Assembly (NCBI GenBank): GCA_016186485.1
Contig: JACPLN010000001.1
Span: 18,377-82,376 of the forward strand
DNA: 64,000 nt
Source: Candidatus Nealsonbacteria bacterium
Lineage (GTDB): Bacteria > Patescibacteriota > Minisyncoccia > Minisyncoccales > UBA6532
Direction: 5' to 3'
The notes under the pieces were generated by a model. It made no database searches. It saw only the letters and a program-made list of their open reading frames with translations, and was not told where the DNA came from. This document shows positions 40,471-54,068 of this stretch, piece by piece (the first letter of the stretch is position 1; each line of letters begins with the position of its first letter). The position numbers and the translations under genes were made by a program.

Positions 40471-40502
40471 AAAGCAACCAGATTCTAGTTTGGTTGCTTT
40501 TT
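40471..40502 (+). terminator. Intrinsic terminator
   Basis: AAAAGCAACCAGA...TTTGGTTGCTTTT. Confidence 0.7.
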
Positions 40503-40587
40503 CGTATTAAGCTGGGTCAATGTGCTATGATTAAAGACAGGGTTTTTCAACACCTTGCAGCTTCTTGAAAATGCTATAATAAATAAG

Positions 40588-41688
40588 ATGTTTAATATAA
40601 AGCTTCCAACCGGTTTATCTAGTTTTCAGGTGGTGCCCAAAAGCTTTCTTGGCATAGATATTGGAACCTCGGCTATCAAGGTAGTGGAAATTTCAAAATG
40701 GGGTAATCGGAACAGGCTGGAAAATTATGGCGAAATTCGGTCTGAATTTCTTTATCAAAAACAATTCAGGACGTTTGAAAAAAGCACTCTTACGCTTTCT
40801 ACCGCTGATATTGCCAAGGGCATAAAAGCCATATTTGAAGAAACGGGCATTAAAAACAAGAAGGCATATATGTCTCTTCCAGATTTCGCCAGTTTTTTTA
40901 CCTGGTTTGAATTGCCTCCGATGACAGAAGAAGAGGTGCCCCAAGCAGTAGCTTCTGCGGCCCGCCAATATATTCCCCTTCCCCTTTCCGAAGTCACTCT
41001 GGATTGGCAGATAATAGAAGGCAGAATTGAAAGAAAAACTCCTTTAAAGGTTCTTTTGGTTGCCGTTCCAAACGAAGTCATAAATCAGTTTCAGGAAATC
41101 GCTTCTTTAACTAAAATTGAGCTTCACGCTTTGGAAGCCGAAGTCTTCGGCCTTATACGCTCTGTGACAATGGAAACGGATAAAGACAGCCTGCTTTTGC
41201 TGGATGTTGGAGCGAGATCCACAACCATAAGCGTTGCCGATGGCCAGGTTTTAAAAAGAACGCACAGTTTTGATATGGCGGGCACCGATTTTGTTGACGT
41301 CATATCCAAAAGCATGGGGGTGGATTATCAAAAAGCGGAAGAATTGAAAAAAAAATACGGAATTTCGGCTATAGACAATAAAAACGAGGGAATTAAAGTA
41401 AGGGAGGTTTTGCTGCCGCTGGTGGATTTAATAATTTCGGAGGCGGGAAAGATATCCCAAAACTATTTTCAGATAGAAAATAAGATGATCCAAAAAGCGG
41501 TTTTGGCCGGAGGGGAAGCCTTAATGCCCGGTTTTGCCGATTATTTTTCAGAACGCCTAAAAATATCATCGGCCATTGCAAATCCTTTTTCAAACCTTTT
41601 TTTCACGCCGATTTTGGAAAAAGACTTAAAATTAATGGGTCCCGGCTACGCCATCGCGGTTGGCATGGCTCTCGGAGGGCTTGAATAG
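40588..41688 (+). CDS. pilM: Type IV pilus assembly protein PilM
   Basis: GIDIGTSAIK, DVGARST, LAGGEA, AVGMAL. Confidence 0.92.
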   Translation: MFNIKLPTGLSSFQVVPKSFLGIDIGTSAIKVVEISKWGNRNRLENYGEIRSEFLYQKQFRTFEKSTLTLSTADIAKGIKAIFEETGIKNKKAYMSLPDFASFFTWFELPPMTEEEVPQAVASAARQYIPLPLSEVTLDWQIIEGRIERKTPLKVLLVAVPNEVINQFQEIASLTKIELHALEAEVFGLIRSVTMETDKDSLLLLDVGARSTTISVADGQVLKRTHSFDMAGTDFVDVISKSMGVDYQKAEELKKKYGISAIDNKNEGIKVREVLLPLVDLIISEAGKISQNYFQIENKMIQKAVLAGGEALMPGFADYFSERLKISSAIANPFSNLFFTPILEKDLKLMGPGYAIAVGMALGGLE

Positions 41689-41691
41689 AGT

Positions 41692-42216
41692 ATGGTTGAA
41701 ATAATTCCAAAGCCAGCAAAAAAAATTGTATCCATAGAAGGAATTTCAGCTTACATATCTTTTTCTTTGTTAATAGCGGCTTTTTTCGGTTATTTTATTC
41801 TGGCTAATTTTCAGCAAAAGAACGTAAAGCTCTTGGATGGCCTAGAAGAAGAGCTTTTAAAATCTATTACCCCGAAAGAAAGGGTTTTGGAAAACCAAGT
41901 ATTGGAGCAGAAGAAAAAAATAGAAGATTTTGCGGTATTGCTGTCCCTTCAAAACAAAACCTTGGGTTTTTTTGAAACGCTGGAAGGCGTCGTCCATCCG
42001 AAAGTCTGGTTTAACTCTTTTACTTTGGATACGGCGGGCATGAAGGTTTCTCTTTCCGGGAAAACGGAAAGCTTCGCTGATTTGGAGCAGCAGCTCCTGG
42101 CTTTTAAGAACGAAAAAAAGATAGGAGAAGTAATCCTTAAAGATGTTAAAATTGAGAAAGGCGGAAATATAGCATTTGATATTTCTTTGGCCCTAACCAA
42201 AGAAGCGCTTAAATAG
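41692..42216 (+). CDS. PilN-like protein
   Basis: TM + coiled coil; position after pilM. Confidence 0.7.
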   Translation: MVEIIPKPAKKIVSIEGISAYISFSLLIAAFFGYFILANFQQKNVKLLDGLEEELLKSITPKERVLENQVLEQKKKIEDFAVLLSLQNKTLGFFETLEGVVHPKVWFNSFTLDTAGMKVSLSGKTESFADLEQQLLAFKNEKKIGEVILKDVKIEKGGNIAFDISLALTKEALK

Positions 42217-42220
42217 TCTT

Positions 42221-42742
42221 ATGCCTTCAAAACTTATAATCGCAGCAATTGGTTTTATCGCGACTGCAATCTTGGGGATTTTCCTTTTGTTTCCCCAATA
42301 CAAGAATTTACAGAGCCTGGAGGCGCAAATTGCCTTAAAGGAGGCGGAGCTTGAATATCAGAGCGAATACTTGGCAAGCGTTAAAAAGGCAAAGGAGACT
42401 TTGGATAATTATTCATCCCAGCTTGAAAAAATCAATACTGCTCTGCCGGATGCCGTTTCTTATCCCGCCATTCTTGAAAATATCCAAATGCAGGCTGCAA
42501 AATCAGGCCTTGTGATAGGCGACGTAAAGCCGCTGCCCGCCGGCATTAGCCCGTCTAATTCCCAAATAAGAAAATATTCTGTTCAGGTGGTCCTGAGCGG
42601 CAATTATCCGGATTTGAAAAAGTTTATTTCCAACATAGAGAACAGCGCCAGGATTTTTAATATAAATAAAATATCTTTTGACTATTCAAAAGAGGGAAAG
42701 GCGCTTGAATTTTCTTTAATAATTGAAGCAAGTTCCTATTAA
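42221..42742 (+). CDS. pilO: Type IV pilus protein PilO
   Basis: ALP...GNYPDLKKFISNIENSARI. Confidence 0.8.
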   Translation: MPSKLIIAAIGFIATAILGIFLLFPQYKNLQSLEAQIALKEAELEYQSEYLASVKKAKETLDNYSSQLEKINTALPDAVSYPAILENIQMQAAKSGLVIGDVKPLPAGISPSNSQIRKYSVQVVLSGNYPDLKKFISNIENSARIFNINKISFDYSKEGKALEFSLIIEASSY

Positions 42743-42748
42743 ACTTTA

Positions 42749-43030
42749 ATGGCAATTAAGATTTTAGAGCAAAATAAAAAACAGCAGTATCTTGTCTTTA
42801 TTCTGGTGGTTCTAATAATTGCGATTATCATTGTCGTCTGGCAAGGGTTCTTGAGGGGCGGAGCCAAAAAGGCCGCGGAAGAAGAGCGATTTATTCCGGC
42901 AAAAAGCAAGATTAAGTTAAGTCTTGAAATTTTGCAAGATCCTGTTTTGGATAAGCTTGAAGCGACCCAAGCCATCCCTGCTTTTGAAAAAAAGGATCTT
43001 GGAAGAAAAAATCCATTTACCCCATTTTAA
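42749..43030 (+). CDS. Small pilus-cluster protein (PilP position)
   Basis: TM and C-terminal GRKNPF. Confidence 0.6.
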   Translation: MAIKILEQNKKQQYLVFILVVLIIAIIIVVWQGFLRGGAKKAAEEERFIPAKSKIKLSLEILQDPVLDKLEATQAIPAFEKKDLGRKNPFTPF

Positions 43031-43033
43031 ATT

Positions 43034-44758
43034 ATGAATTTAATACAACAATTAGTTAAAAAAGGGTTTTTAGATAAAGATAACGCCCTAAGGATTGAAA
43101 AAGAAGCAAAAGAAACCTTAAAATCGGTTGAAGAATTGCTTTTGGAAGAAAACATTGTCACCGAAGATGTTCTTTTTGGCATAAAAGCAGAAGAGATGAA
43201 ACTGTCTTTGAAAAGCGCGGCTCCGGAAGACATACCATCTAAAATCCTTGAATTGATTCCCGAGGATTCCGCCACCCATTATAAAGTGGTGCCCTTGGCA
43301 AAAAAAGACGGGACGGTAGGAATAGGAATGATTCATCCCGAAGACCTAAAAGCCCAGGAAGCTCTGCGTTTTTGGTCGCGTCAGGGCAAGTTTGCTTACA
43401 AGATATTTTTGATAACCCCCAGCGTTTTTCAAAATATATTAAAGCAATACAGGACGATGAGGAAAGAAGTTGGCAGGGCGCTGGAAGAGCTTGAAACGGA
43501 ACTCAAAGAAAAGATCGGCGCGCCCGCTTTAAATAAAGAAGAATTGAGCAGAGTCGCAGAAGATGCTCCGATAACAAGGGTTGTAGCCGTTATTTTGCGC
43601 CACGCGATAGAAGGCAAGGCTTCCGATATCCATATTGAGCCTACAAGGGAAGAACTAAGGGTTCGTTTCAGGCAAGACGGTATTTTGCATTCCAGCCTGG
43701 TTCTTCCTCTTAAAACCAGTTCTGCCGTTGCCGCAAGGATTAAGATTCTTTCAAATCTAAGGATAGACGAAAGCCGAATTCCGCAGGACGGCAGGTTTTC
43801 GGCCAGGCTGGAAGGAAGAAATATTGATTTTCGCGTTTCTACCTTCCCTACCACTATGGGTGAAAAGGTGGTAATCAGGGTATTGGATCCTACGGAGGGG
43901 CTTAAAAGATTTGAGATTCTAGGCCTTGAGGGAAGGAATTTGAAAGTGGTGGAAAAAGCCGTAGCAAAACCATTCGGGTTAATATTGGCGACAGGGCCCA
44001 CTGGTTCTGGCAAGACGACCACGCTTTACGCAATATTAAATTCTTTGAATGTTGAAGGCGTTAATATTATGACCCTTGAGGATCCGGTTGAATATTTTGT
44101 TTCCGGCGTCAACCAGTCCCAGATTAGGCCGGAAATCGGCTACAATTATGCCACCGGCCTCCGCCACATACTGCGGCAGGATCCGGATATCATTATGGTG
44201 GGGGAAATTAGAGACGAGGAGTCTGCTTCTTTGTCTATCCACGCCGCTCTTACCGGCCATATAGTTTTATCAACCCTTCATACAACGGATTCCTTGGGAG
44301 TCATTCCAAGGTTAATTGATTTGGGAATTGAGCCGTTTTTGTTGCCGCCAAGCCTATCTTTGGCAATTGCCCAAAGGTTGGTAAGGCGTCTTTGCCAAGA
44401 GTGCAAAAAAGAGGTAAAGCCCAGAAGCGAAATAAGGGAAATTATCATGAAAGAATTGGATTCGCTTCCGCCCGCCGCAAAGAAAGATTATGCTATGCCG
44501 AAAGAAATTAAAATATTTCAGGCCCAGGGCTGCAAGAAGTGCCAGAACGAGGGATATTCGGGGAGGATTGCGATATATGAAATTCTTGAAATGACTGATT
44601 ATTTGGCCGATATGATTTTAAAGGATCCTTCGGAATCCAACATAGCCAAAGAAGCCAAAAATCAGGGAATGATTACGATGCGCCAAGACGGCATTTTAAA
44701 GGTTTTAAGCGGCGTCACCTCAATAGAAGAAGTGTTGATGACCACCGGAGAAAAATAA
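43034..44758 (+). CDS. pilB: Type IV pilus assembly ATPase
   Basis: ASDIHIEP, PQDGR, GPTGSGKTTT, LTGHIVLSTLH, Zn Cys pairs. Confidence 0.95.
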   Translation: MNLIQQLVKKGFLDKDNALRIEKEAKETLKSVEELLLEENIVTEDVLFGIKAEEMKLSLKSAAPEDIPSKILELIPEDSATHYKVVPLAKKDGTVGIGMIHPEDLKAQEALRFWSRQGKFAYKIFLITPSVFQNILKQYRTMRKEVGRALEELETELKEKIGAPALNKEELSRVAEDAPITRVVAVILRHAIEGKASDIHIEPTREELRVRFRQDGILHSSLVLPLKTSSAVAARIKILSNLRIDESRIPQDGRFSARLEGRNIDFRVSTFPTTMGEKVVIRVLDPTEGLKRFEILGLEGRNLKVVEKAVAKPFGLILATGPTGSGKTTTLYAILNSLNVEGVNIMTLEDPVEYFVSGVNQSQIRPEIGYNYATGLRHILRQDPDIIMVGEIRDEESASLSIHAALTGHIVLSTLHTTDSLGVIPRLIDLGIEPFLLPPSLSLAIAQRLVRRLCQECKKEVKPRSEIREIIMKELDSLPPAAKKDYAMPKEIKIFQAQGCKKCQNEGYSGRIAIYEILEMTDYLADMILKDPSESNIAKEAKNQGMITMRQDGILKVLSGVTSIEEVLMTTGEK

Positions 44759-44773
44759 AAACAGTAAAATAAC

Positions 44774-45850
44774 ATGCCAAACAATAATTCAAACGAGCTA
44801 AATGAACTTTTAACCATTACTTTTAAAGAAAAAGCTTCCGATTTGCATCTGTCGGCAGGCCACTATCCGACTTTGAGAGCGGGCGGCCGCCTGGTTCCTT
44901 TGGTAAAAAGAAAAAAGCTTACAGAAAAAGACACGGAAGGATTTGCAAGGACTTTGCTTGGAGATGAAAATAGGTTCCAAAAGCTTATTGAGGACAGGGA
45001 TTCGGACTTTTCTTACGAATTAGGAGAAGAGGTTCGCTTTAGGGTTAACGTATTCTTTCAGAGAGGAAAGATAAGCTGCGCTCTGCGCTTAATTCCGCAG
45101 AGGGTTCCCACTTTGGAAGAATTAAATCTTCCGCCTATTCTGCAAGAGTTTACCAGGCCAAGCCAGGGTTTTGTTCTGATAACGGGCCCTTCTTCTCAAG
45201 GGAAGTCAACAACCCTGGCATCTTTGATAGACGAAATCAACCATGCAAGGACAGATCATATTGTGACCATTGAGGATCCCATTGAGTATGTTTTCAAAGA
45301 CGATAACTGCATTATTGACCAAAGAGAGGTTGGCCAGGACGCTCTGACCTTTGCGGACGCCTTAAGAGCGACATTCAGACAGGATCCTAACGTTATTATG
45401 GTTGGGGAAATGCGCGATAGCGAGACTATGGCCACGGCCATAACGGCGGCAGAAACGGGACACTTGGTTTTTGCCACTCTTCATACCAACTCCGCTCCCC
45501 AAACCATTCATAGGATCGTAGACAGCTTTCCTCCAGAACAGCAAGACCAGGTAAGAATGCAGCTTTCCTCATCCTTGCTCGGAGTCGTATCCCAAAGGCT
45601 GATCCCAAGGATTAGGGGGGGATTGGTTCCAGCTTTGGAAATAATGATTTCAAATCCCGCCGTTTCCAATTTGATAAGAGAAAATAAAGTGCACGAAATA
45701 CCCTTGGTAATTGAAACATCTGCAGAGGTGGGAATGATAAGCCTTAACAGGTATTTGGCAAATTTGATAAAGCAAAAAGAAATTTCTTTAGACGGAGCAA
45801 TTCAATACTCTTTAGACCCGGTTGAGTTAAAGAATCTCATCCGCCGTTAG
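44774..45850 (+). CDS. pilT: Twitching motility ATPase
   Basis: ASDLHL, TIEDPIE, QREVG, AETGHLVFATLHT, NLIRE. Confidence 0.93.
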   Translation: MPNNNSNELNELLTITFKEKASDLHLSAGHYPTLRAGGRLVPLVKRKKLTEKDTEGFARTLLGDENRFQKLIEDRDSDFSYELGEEVRFRVNVFFQRGKISCALRLIPQRVPTLEELNLPPILQEFTRPSQGFVLITGPSSQGKSTTLASLIDEINHARTDHIVTIEDPIEYVFKDDNCIIDQREVGQDALTFADALRATFRQDPNVIMVGEMRDSETMATAITAAETGHLVFATLHTNSAPQTIHRIVDSFPPEQQDQVRMQLSSSLLGVVSQRLIPRIRGGLVPALEIMISNPAVSNLIRENKVHEIPLVIETSAEVGMISLNRYLANLIKQKEISLDGAIQYSLDPVELKNLIRR

Positions 45851-45859
45851 TTCTAGTTT

Positions 45860-47071
45860 ATGAAATTTAGATATCGGGCAAGAACCAAAGAAGGCGAAGC
45901 AAAGACAGGATTTGTTGAAGCTTCTTCTAAAGAGGCGGCTTTGGCGCTTCTTCAAAGATACGACCTTTTTATAACTCTTTTGGAAAAGACGGGAATAGAG
46001 CTGCCTTTTTATTCTAAAAAAGTGAAGATTTTTGAAATGATTTCCCAGAAAGATTTGGTTATGTTTTCCCGTCAGCTGGCGATTATGTTTAAATCAAAGG
46101 TATCCTTAACCGAATCTTTAAACGTTTTATCTTCACAGGCTAAAAATCAGGCCTTGAAAGAAAAGATTTTGACCATCGCAGAGCAGGTCCAGGGAGGGAC
46201 ATCGTTTTCACAGGCCATTTCGCAGTTCCCGGAAAATTTCTCCACTTTTTACGTGAGCATGATAAGGTCCGGGGAGGCTTCGGGAAAACTTGCCGAAAGC
46301 CTTGAATATTTGGCTGACCATCTGGAAAGAGAATATTATTTAAGGGCCAAAACAACGGGAGCCTTAATTTATCCAATCCTTATAGTTATAACCATGATCG
46401 CGGTTTTGGTCATAATTATGACATTTGTCGTTCCTCAACTTTCAGAATTGCTGAAAGAAAACGAATCCGAACTCCCGTTATCTACAAAAATAGTGATGAA
46501 AAGCTCTGAAATTATGGCTAAGTGGTGGTGGGCAATATTGTTGGCTTTGGGAGGGCTTGCAGCCGTTATTCTCCGTTATTTAAAAACGAAAGAGGGAAAA
46601 GAATTGATGGACAGGACCGTTTTGCGGCTGCCCGCCGTGGGGTCTTCAATAAAGACGGTGTACCTCGGCCGTTTCGCGGAAAACTTGGCTACCCTGATAA
46701 CAGGAGGCATTCCAATTTCAAGGGCCCTTGAGATTACGGCAGACATTATTGGAAACTCTGTTTACAGGTCAATTATTCTTCAAGCAAGATCAGGCGTTGA
46801 AAAAGGGGAAACAATCAGCGCTACCTTGTTGCGCTATCCGGATGTCTTCCCGCCGGTTTTTACTCAAATGGTAAGGGTCGGCGAGAAATCGGGGGCCCTG
46901 GACACAACATTGATGCAGGTGGTGGGATTTTACCGCAAAGAAGTTGAGCAGTCTATAGAAAATATCTTAAATATCCTAGAGCCGGTTATGATTATTATTT
47001 TAGGTTTGGTAGTCGGGGGGCTGGTCGGTTCAATTTTGATTCCTTTCTATAAAATAATGGGAGGGCTTTAG
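45860..47071 (+). CDS. pilC: Type IV pilus platform protein
   Basis: GEASGKL, YP, GEKSGAL, EP motifs. Confidence 0.93.
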   Translation: MKFRYRARTKEGEAKTGFVEASSKEAALALLQRYDLFITLLEKTGIELPFYSKKVKIFEMISQKDLVMFSRQLAIMFKSKVSLTESLNVLSSQAKNQALKEKILTIAEQVQGGTSFSQAISQFPENFSTFYVSMIRSGEASGKLAESLEYLADHLEREYYLRAKTTGALIYPILIVITMIAVLVIIMTFVVPQLSELLKENESELPLSTKIVMKSSEIMAKWWWAILLALGGLAAVILRYLKTKEGKELMDRTVLRLPAVGSSIKTVYLGRFAENLATLITGGIPISRALEITADIIGNSVYRSIILQARSGVEKGETISATLLRYPDVFPPVFTQMVRVGEKSGALDTTLMQVVGFYRKEVEQSIENILNILEPVMIIILGLVVGGLVGSILIPFYKIMGGL

Positions 47072-47185
47072 GCGGGGATTAGTTTTTCCACAATCCTTTT
47101 CCTAAAAATGTGGTATAATAATATATTGTTTAGAGGAAACAACAAAAGGTCGAACGTTTTTCGCTGTCAGCAAGCATTTGAATCT

Positions 47186-47638
47186 ATGAAAAATAAAGGT
47201 TTTACCTTAATTGAGCTCTTGGTTGTTATTGCCATCATTGGAATTTTGTCATCTATCGTTTTGGTTTCAATGGGCGGAGCCAGGGCAAAAGCCAGAGATG
47301 CGGTAAGAAAGTCAGATATGCGCCAGGTTGTTTCTGCAATGGAATTGGTTTACGGCGACGACGACCAGTATATGACGGTTACCGTTGACGCATCTAACAA
47401 TGTTACCAATACGCAAGTCAAAAATACTGCCGGCACTGTATATATGGCTTCTTTTCCCAAAGATCCATCTTCCGGCAACGCCGCATACAAGGGATTAAGC
47501 AATTCCGGGGACCGCCAAAAGTTCTGCGTTTATGCGACGCTGGAAGGCCCTCCGGCTGCCTACTATACGTCTTCTCACGGAGGAAATTTTCAAAAGACTT
47601 CAGCCCCGACAACTCTTGATAACTGCGCTCAGCCCTAA
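47186..47638 (+). CDS. Type IV pilin (probable major pilin)
   Basis: [18 protein letters not shown]; own promoter and terminator. Confidence 0.92.
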   Translation: MKNKGFTLIELLVVIAIIGILSSIVLVSMGGARAKARDAVRKSDMRQVVSAMELVYGDDDQYMTVTVDASNNVTNTQVKNTAGTVYMASFPKDPSSGNAAYKGLSNSGDRQKFCVYATLEGPPAAYYTSSHGGNFQKTSAPTTLDNCAQP

Positions 47639-47659
47639 GAAAGCCTTGCTTTAGAGCGG

Positions 47660-47688
47660 CCCAGCACATAATTTATGTGCTGGGTTTT
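47660..47688 (+). terminator. Intrinsic terminator
   Basis: CCCAGCACATAA-T-TTATGTGCTGGG-TTTT. Confidence 0.8.
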
Positions 47689-47715
47689 GTTTACCCGAAT
47701 ATGTTAAAATAATAT

Positions 47716-48471
47716 ATGGAGGATCTTTTTTCCAGCTCAATTGTTTTTATTTTTGGCTTAACAATAGGTTCTTTTTTGAATTCGGTTATCTATCGTTTAG
47801 AGAAGGGCAAGAATATTATTATTGGAAGGTCTTTCTGCCCCGAATGCAATCACACCCTGGGCTGGCAAGATTTGATTCCTATTTTTAGTTTTGTATTTTT
47901 AAAAGGAAAATGCCGCTATTGCTTGAAACCAATTTCTTTACAGTACCCTTTAGTAGAAATAGCGACAGCTTCGTTATTTTTCTTAATTTTTCGCTTCCAG
48001 CTTTCCGCTTTCCACTACCTACTTTCCACATTCTTAATCGTCATTTTCGTCTACGACCTTAAGCATTATCTTATCCCAGATAAAGTAATTTACCCCGCTA
48101 TTGCAACGGTCATTTTGTATCAATTATTTACGACCAGAGCATTAATGCCATTGGTGCTCGGCTTTTGGTTTGGGATTTTGCCCTCACTATTCTTTTTGGC
48201 AATAGTCCTGCTGTCAAAAGAGCGCTGGATGGGCCTTGGAGACTTCAAATTAGCGGTATTAATGGGTTTGTTGTTGGGTTGGCCCAGCATTTTGGCGGCT
48301 TTATTCTTGGCGTTTTTCTCCGGCGCTATAATAGGGGTAAGTTTGATAGTTTCCGGCAGGAAAACCTTAAAATCAGAGCTTCCTTTCGGGCCATTTCTTA
48401 TTGTCGGGACAATCATATCTTTATTGTGGGGTCAGGATATAATATATTGGTATCTAAACATTCTAACCTAA
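47716..48471 (+). CDS. pilD: Prepilin peptidase
   Basis: GSFLN, RSFCPEC, GKCRYC, MGLGDFKL, PFGPFL. Confidence 0.95.
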   Translation: MEDLFSSSIVFIFGLTIGSFLNSVIYRLEKGKNIIIGRSFCPECNHTLGWQDLIPIFSFVFLKGKCRYCLKPISLQYPLVEIATASLFFLIFRFQLSAFHYLLSTFLIVIFVYDLKHYLIPDKVIYPAIATVILYQLFTTRALMPLVLGFWFGILPSLFFLAIVLLSKERWMGLGDFKLAVLMGLLLGWPSILAALFLAFFSGAIIGVSLIVSGRKTLKSELPFGPFLIVGTIISLLWGQDIIYWYLNILT

Positions 48472-48476
48472 TAACA

Positions 48477-49031
48477 ATGAAAAACGCTTTTACCGTTATT
48501 GAGATTTTGGTGGTATTGGGGATTGTTGTTTTCCTTACCGCCGCCATTCTGCCGAGCTACAGGCTTGGCGGCCAGGTTATTGCCCTTGAAAGATCCGCCA
48601 ATTTTTTATCGCAGGAAATAAGGAGGGTTCAGGAAATGGCCGTATCTTCTAAAGAAGTGGGGCGTGGTATTGTGCCCCAGGGCCAGGAATTTTATCCCGC
48701 AGGCGGGTTCGGCATTTATTTGAAGCGTCAGCCGTTTGAAATAACAATTTTCGCAGACTGCAACGGCAATGGAGAGGTAGACAGAGGAATAGATTGCGGC
48801 ACCTCGCCCAACAAGTTTTCCGAAGTTCTGGAAAGCCTAAGTTTAGAGCAGGGCACGAATATTTTAAGTCTTTCTCCGTCTTCTCCCTTAACTATTATTT
48901 TTAAGGCGCCAGATCCCCTTACTATAATTTCCGGAGGAAACGAAGCAACGCTGACCCTTTCTCTTAATTCCGATGCGTCAAAAACTAAGGTTATAAAAGT
49001 TAATTCCGCCGGACTTATATATGTTGAATAA
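48477..49031 (+). CDS. Minor pilin
   Basis: MKNA/FTVIEILVV. Confidence 0.85.
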   Translation: MKNAFTVIEILVVLGIVVFLTAAILPSYRLGGQVIALERSANFLSQEIRRVQEMAVSSKEVGRGIVPQGQEFYPAGGFGIYLKRQPFEITIFADCNGNGEVDRGIDCGTSPNKFSEVLESLSLEQGTNILSLSPSSPLTIIFKAPDPLTIISGGNEATLTLSLNSDASKTKVIKVNSAGLIYVE

Positions 49032-49506
49032 ATCCTTCACGTTAATTGAAGTAATAACCGCCATTTTTCTTATTTCCGTCGGGATTCTGGGAGTTTTCGG
49101 TTTAACCCAGAGAACTTTTGCCACCATTTCTTTCTCTTTAGACAAATTGACAGCATCATACTTGGCCCAAGAAGGGATTGAGATAGCAAGGAATATAAGA
49201 GACGGCAATTGGCTGGAGCAGAGAACCAGTCCTCTTCTTCCTTGGGATGACGGCATGCCTCAAGGGGCTTTTGAGGCTGACTATCAGGCCCAGAGTCTGA
49301 CGCAGGCATATAACGGCGCGTTTTTAAACATCCAAAACGGCGGCTTTTACGGCTATGGCGCAGGAAACCAATCTAAGTTTAAAAGAAAAATTACCCTGCA
49401 AAAGCCCGATTCCAGCACCATAAATGTTTTAACAGAAGTTTTTTGGCAGGATCGCGGAAAGAGCCATACGGTTTTAACAGAAGAAAATTTATACAATTGG
49501 CGCTAA
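49021..49506 (+). CDS. Minor pilin (PilV-like)
   Basis: S/FTLIEVI...AQEGIE. Confidence 0.85.
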   Translation: MLNKSFTLIEVITAIFLISVGILGVFGLTQRTFATISFSLDKLTASYLAQEGIEIARNIRDGNWLEQRTSPLLPWDDGMPQGAFEADYQAQSLTQAYNGAFLNIQNGGFYGYGAGNQSKFKRKITLQKPDSSTINVLTEVFWQDRGKSHTVLTEENLYNWR

Positions 49507-49507
49507 C

Positions 49508-50047
49508 ATGAAAAGAGGTTTTACGATAATAGAGATATTGGTTTCCGTAGCTATTTTTTCAGTTGTAACGCTTGTAGCCTTGGGAATTTTTAATTTAACC
49601 CTGAGGTCTCAGAGGCAAAGCCTTGCCGATCAGCAAATTATATCCCAGGCCTCTTATGTTATGGAATATATGTCTAGAGCAGTTCGTATGGCAAGAAAAG
49701 ATATGCCGGGTTCTTGCCTTACCGTTTTTGGAGCCGCATTTAATTACGAAACAAACCCGCAGTCAGACAGAATCAGGTTCTTAAACTATCAGAATATCTG
49801 CCAAGAGTTTTTTTTAGAAGGGGGCAGGTTAAAAGAACGCAAGTCGTCTGATTCTTCAGCTGCTAATTTTCTGCAGCCGCTTTCCCTAACTTCGCCTGGC
49901 TTGACGGTTTCAGCGTTTAAAATCGGGCCTTCGGGCAGCTGGGATCAGCAAGATAACGATCAGCCAAGAGTCACCTTTTATCTGCAGATCTCTGGCGCTT
50001 CTCTCCAGACAACGATTTCCCAGCGAAACCTTGATGTGCGCCGATAG
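49508..50047 (+). CDS. Minor pilin (PilW-like)
   Basis: G/FTIIEILV. Confidence 0.85.
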   Translation: MKRGFTIIEILVSVAIFSVVTLVALGIFNLTLRSQRQSLADQQIISQASYVMEYMSRAVRMARKDMPGSCLTVFGAAFNYETNPQSDRIRFLNYQNICQEFFLEGGRLKERKSSDSSAANFLQPLSLTSPGLTVSAFKIGPSGSWDQQDNDQPRVTFYLQISGASLQTTISQRNLDVRR

Positions 50048-50068
50048 AACCATAAATTAGAAATTTCT

Positions 50069-50392
50069 ATGCAAAAAGGCGTTTCCCTATACCTAACTGT
50101 TATTCTAATGTCCATAATTATGGCTACGGCTTTGGGAATAAGCTCAATTCTGATTTCACAGCTTAAAACAATTAGAGACGTTGGAAATAGCGTTTCTGCT
50201 TTTTTCGCCGCGGATACCGGCATTGAAAAAGCGCTTTTGAACGGCCAATCGGTTTCAGGAGTTCTTTCTAACGGAGCCGCTTACAGCGTTGTTTTAACTC
50301 CGGCTGGGGGCAGTTGTTCCGGCCAGAACTATTGTTTAAAATCGCAAGGAGAATACCGGGGAACAATAAGAGCGGTAGAAATAATGCGATAA
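50069..50392 (+). CDS. PilX-like minor pilin
   Basis: QKG/VSLYL...AFFAADTGIE. Confidence 0.8.
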   Translation: MQKGVSLYLTVILMSIIMATALGISSILISQLKTIRDVGNSVSAFFAADTGIEKALLNGQSVSGVLSNGAAYSVVLTPAGGSCSGQNYCLKSQGEYRGTIRAVEIMR

Positions 50393-50408
50393 ATTGCTGT
50401 GTTGCTAA

Positions 50409-53470
<3,062 letters not shown>

Positions 53471-53579
53471 AAATGGCGCGCTCTATTTAAGGGGAGGGGT
53501 ATATCGGTTTTGCATTTGACTAGGTTTTTTGTTTGGGCGAAAATATATATACCAAAATTAGACACCGTTTTTTTATATA

Positions 53580-54068
53580 ATGACAGACGGTAAAAATAAA
53601 AACTATATATCTCTTCAGAACGCAACAAAACTCTGCAATTATTCGCAGGAGTATTTAAGCTTGAGGGCCAGGCAGGGAAAACTGAAGGCGATAAAGCTTG
53701 GCAGGAATTGGGTGACAAAAAAAGAATGGCTGGAGGGGTATATAAAGACAGCCGAATCTTACAAAGAGTGGCTGAACGGAATGATAAATTTCCGCCAGCC
53801 GCCCGCAAACCTTCCGATAGGAGAACTAAAGGTTTTTAAGGACTCAAAGTCTTTTACGGTTTTTCTTCCGGCGCTTGCTTTTATTTCCGCCGCAGTTTTG
53901 ATTTTTGCCGGAACTGTTTTCGGAAAATCCGTCCTTCAACATGTTTATTCAGACATTTTGCCGCATCTTTCAAGCGGATTGGCTGTTGCCAACGCAAAAG
54001 AGGCGTTTTCCGGGACAAAAGAGCTTTTAGCTGAATATATTAAATGGGTCTCCGGCTTAATATATTAA
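53580..54068 (+). CDS. Excisionase-type HTH + TM protein
   Basis: YSQEYLSLRARQGKLKAIKLGRNW followed by a TM helix. Confidence 0.75.
   Translation: MTDGKNKNYISLQNATKLCNYSQEYLSLRARQGKLKAIKLGRNWVTKKEWLEGYIKTAESYKEWLNGMINFRQPPANLPIGELKVFKDSKSFTVFLPALAFISAAVLIFAGTVFGKSVLQHVYSDILPHLSSGLAVANAKEAFSGTKELLAEYIKWVSGLIY

Noticed and set aside
45183..45212. Inactive PilT because of Walker A GPSSQGKST
   Set aside because: Still fits GxxxxGK[ST]; the other motifs are intact.
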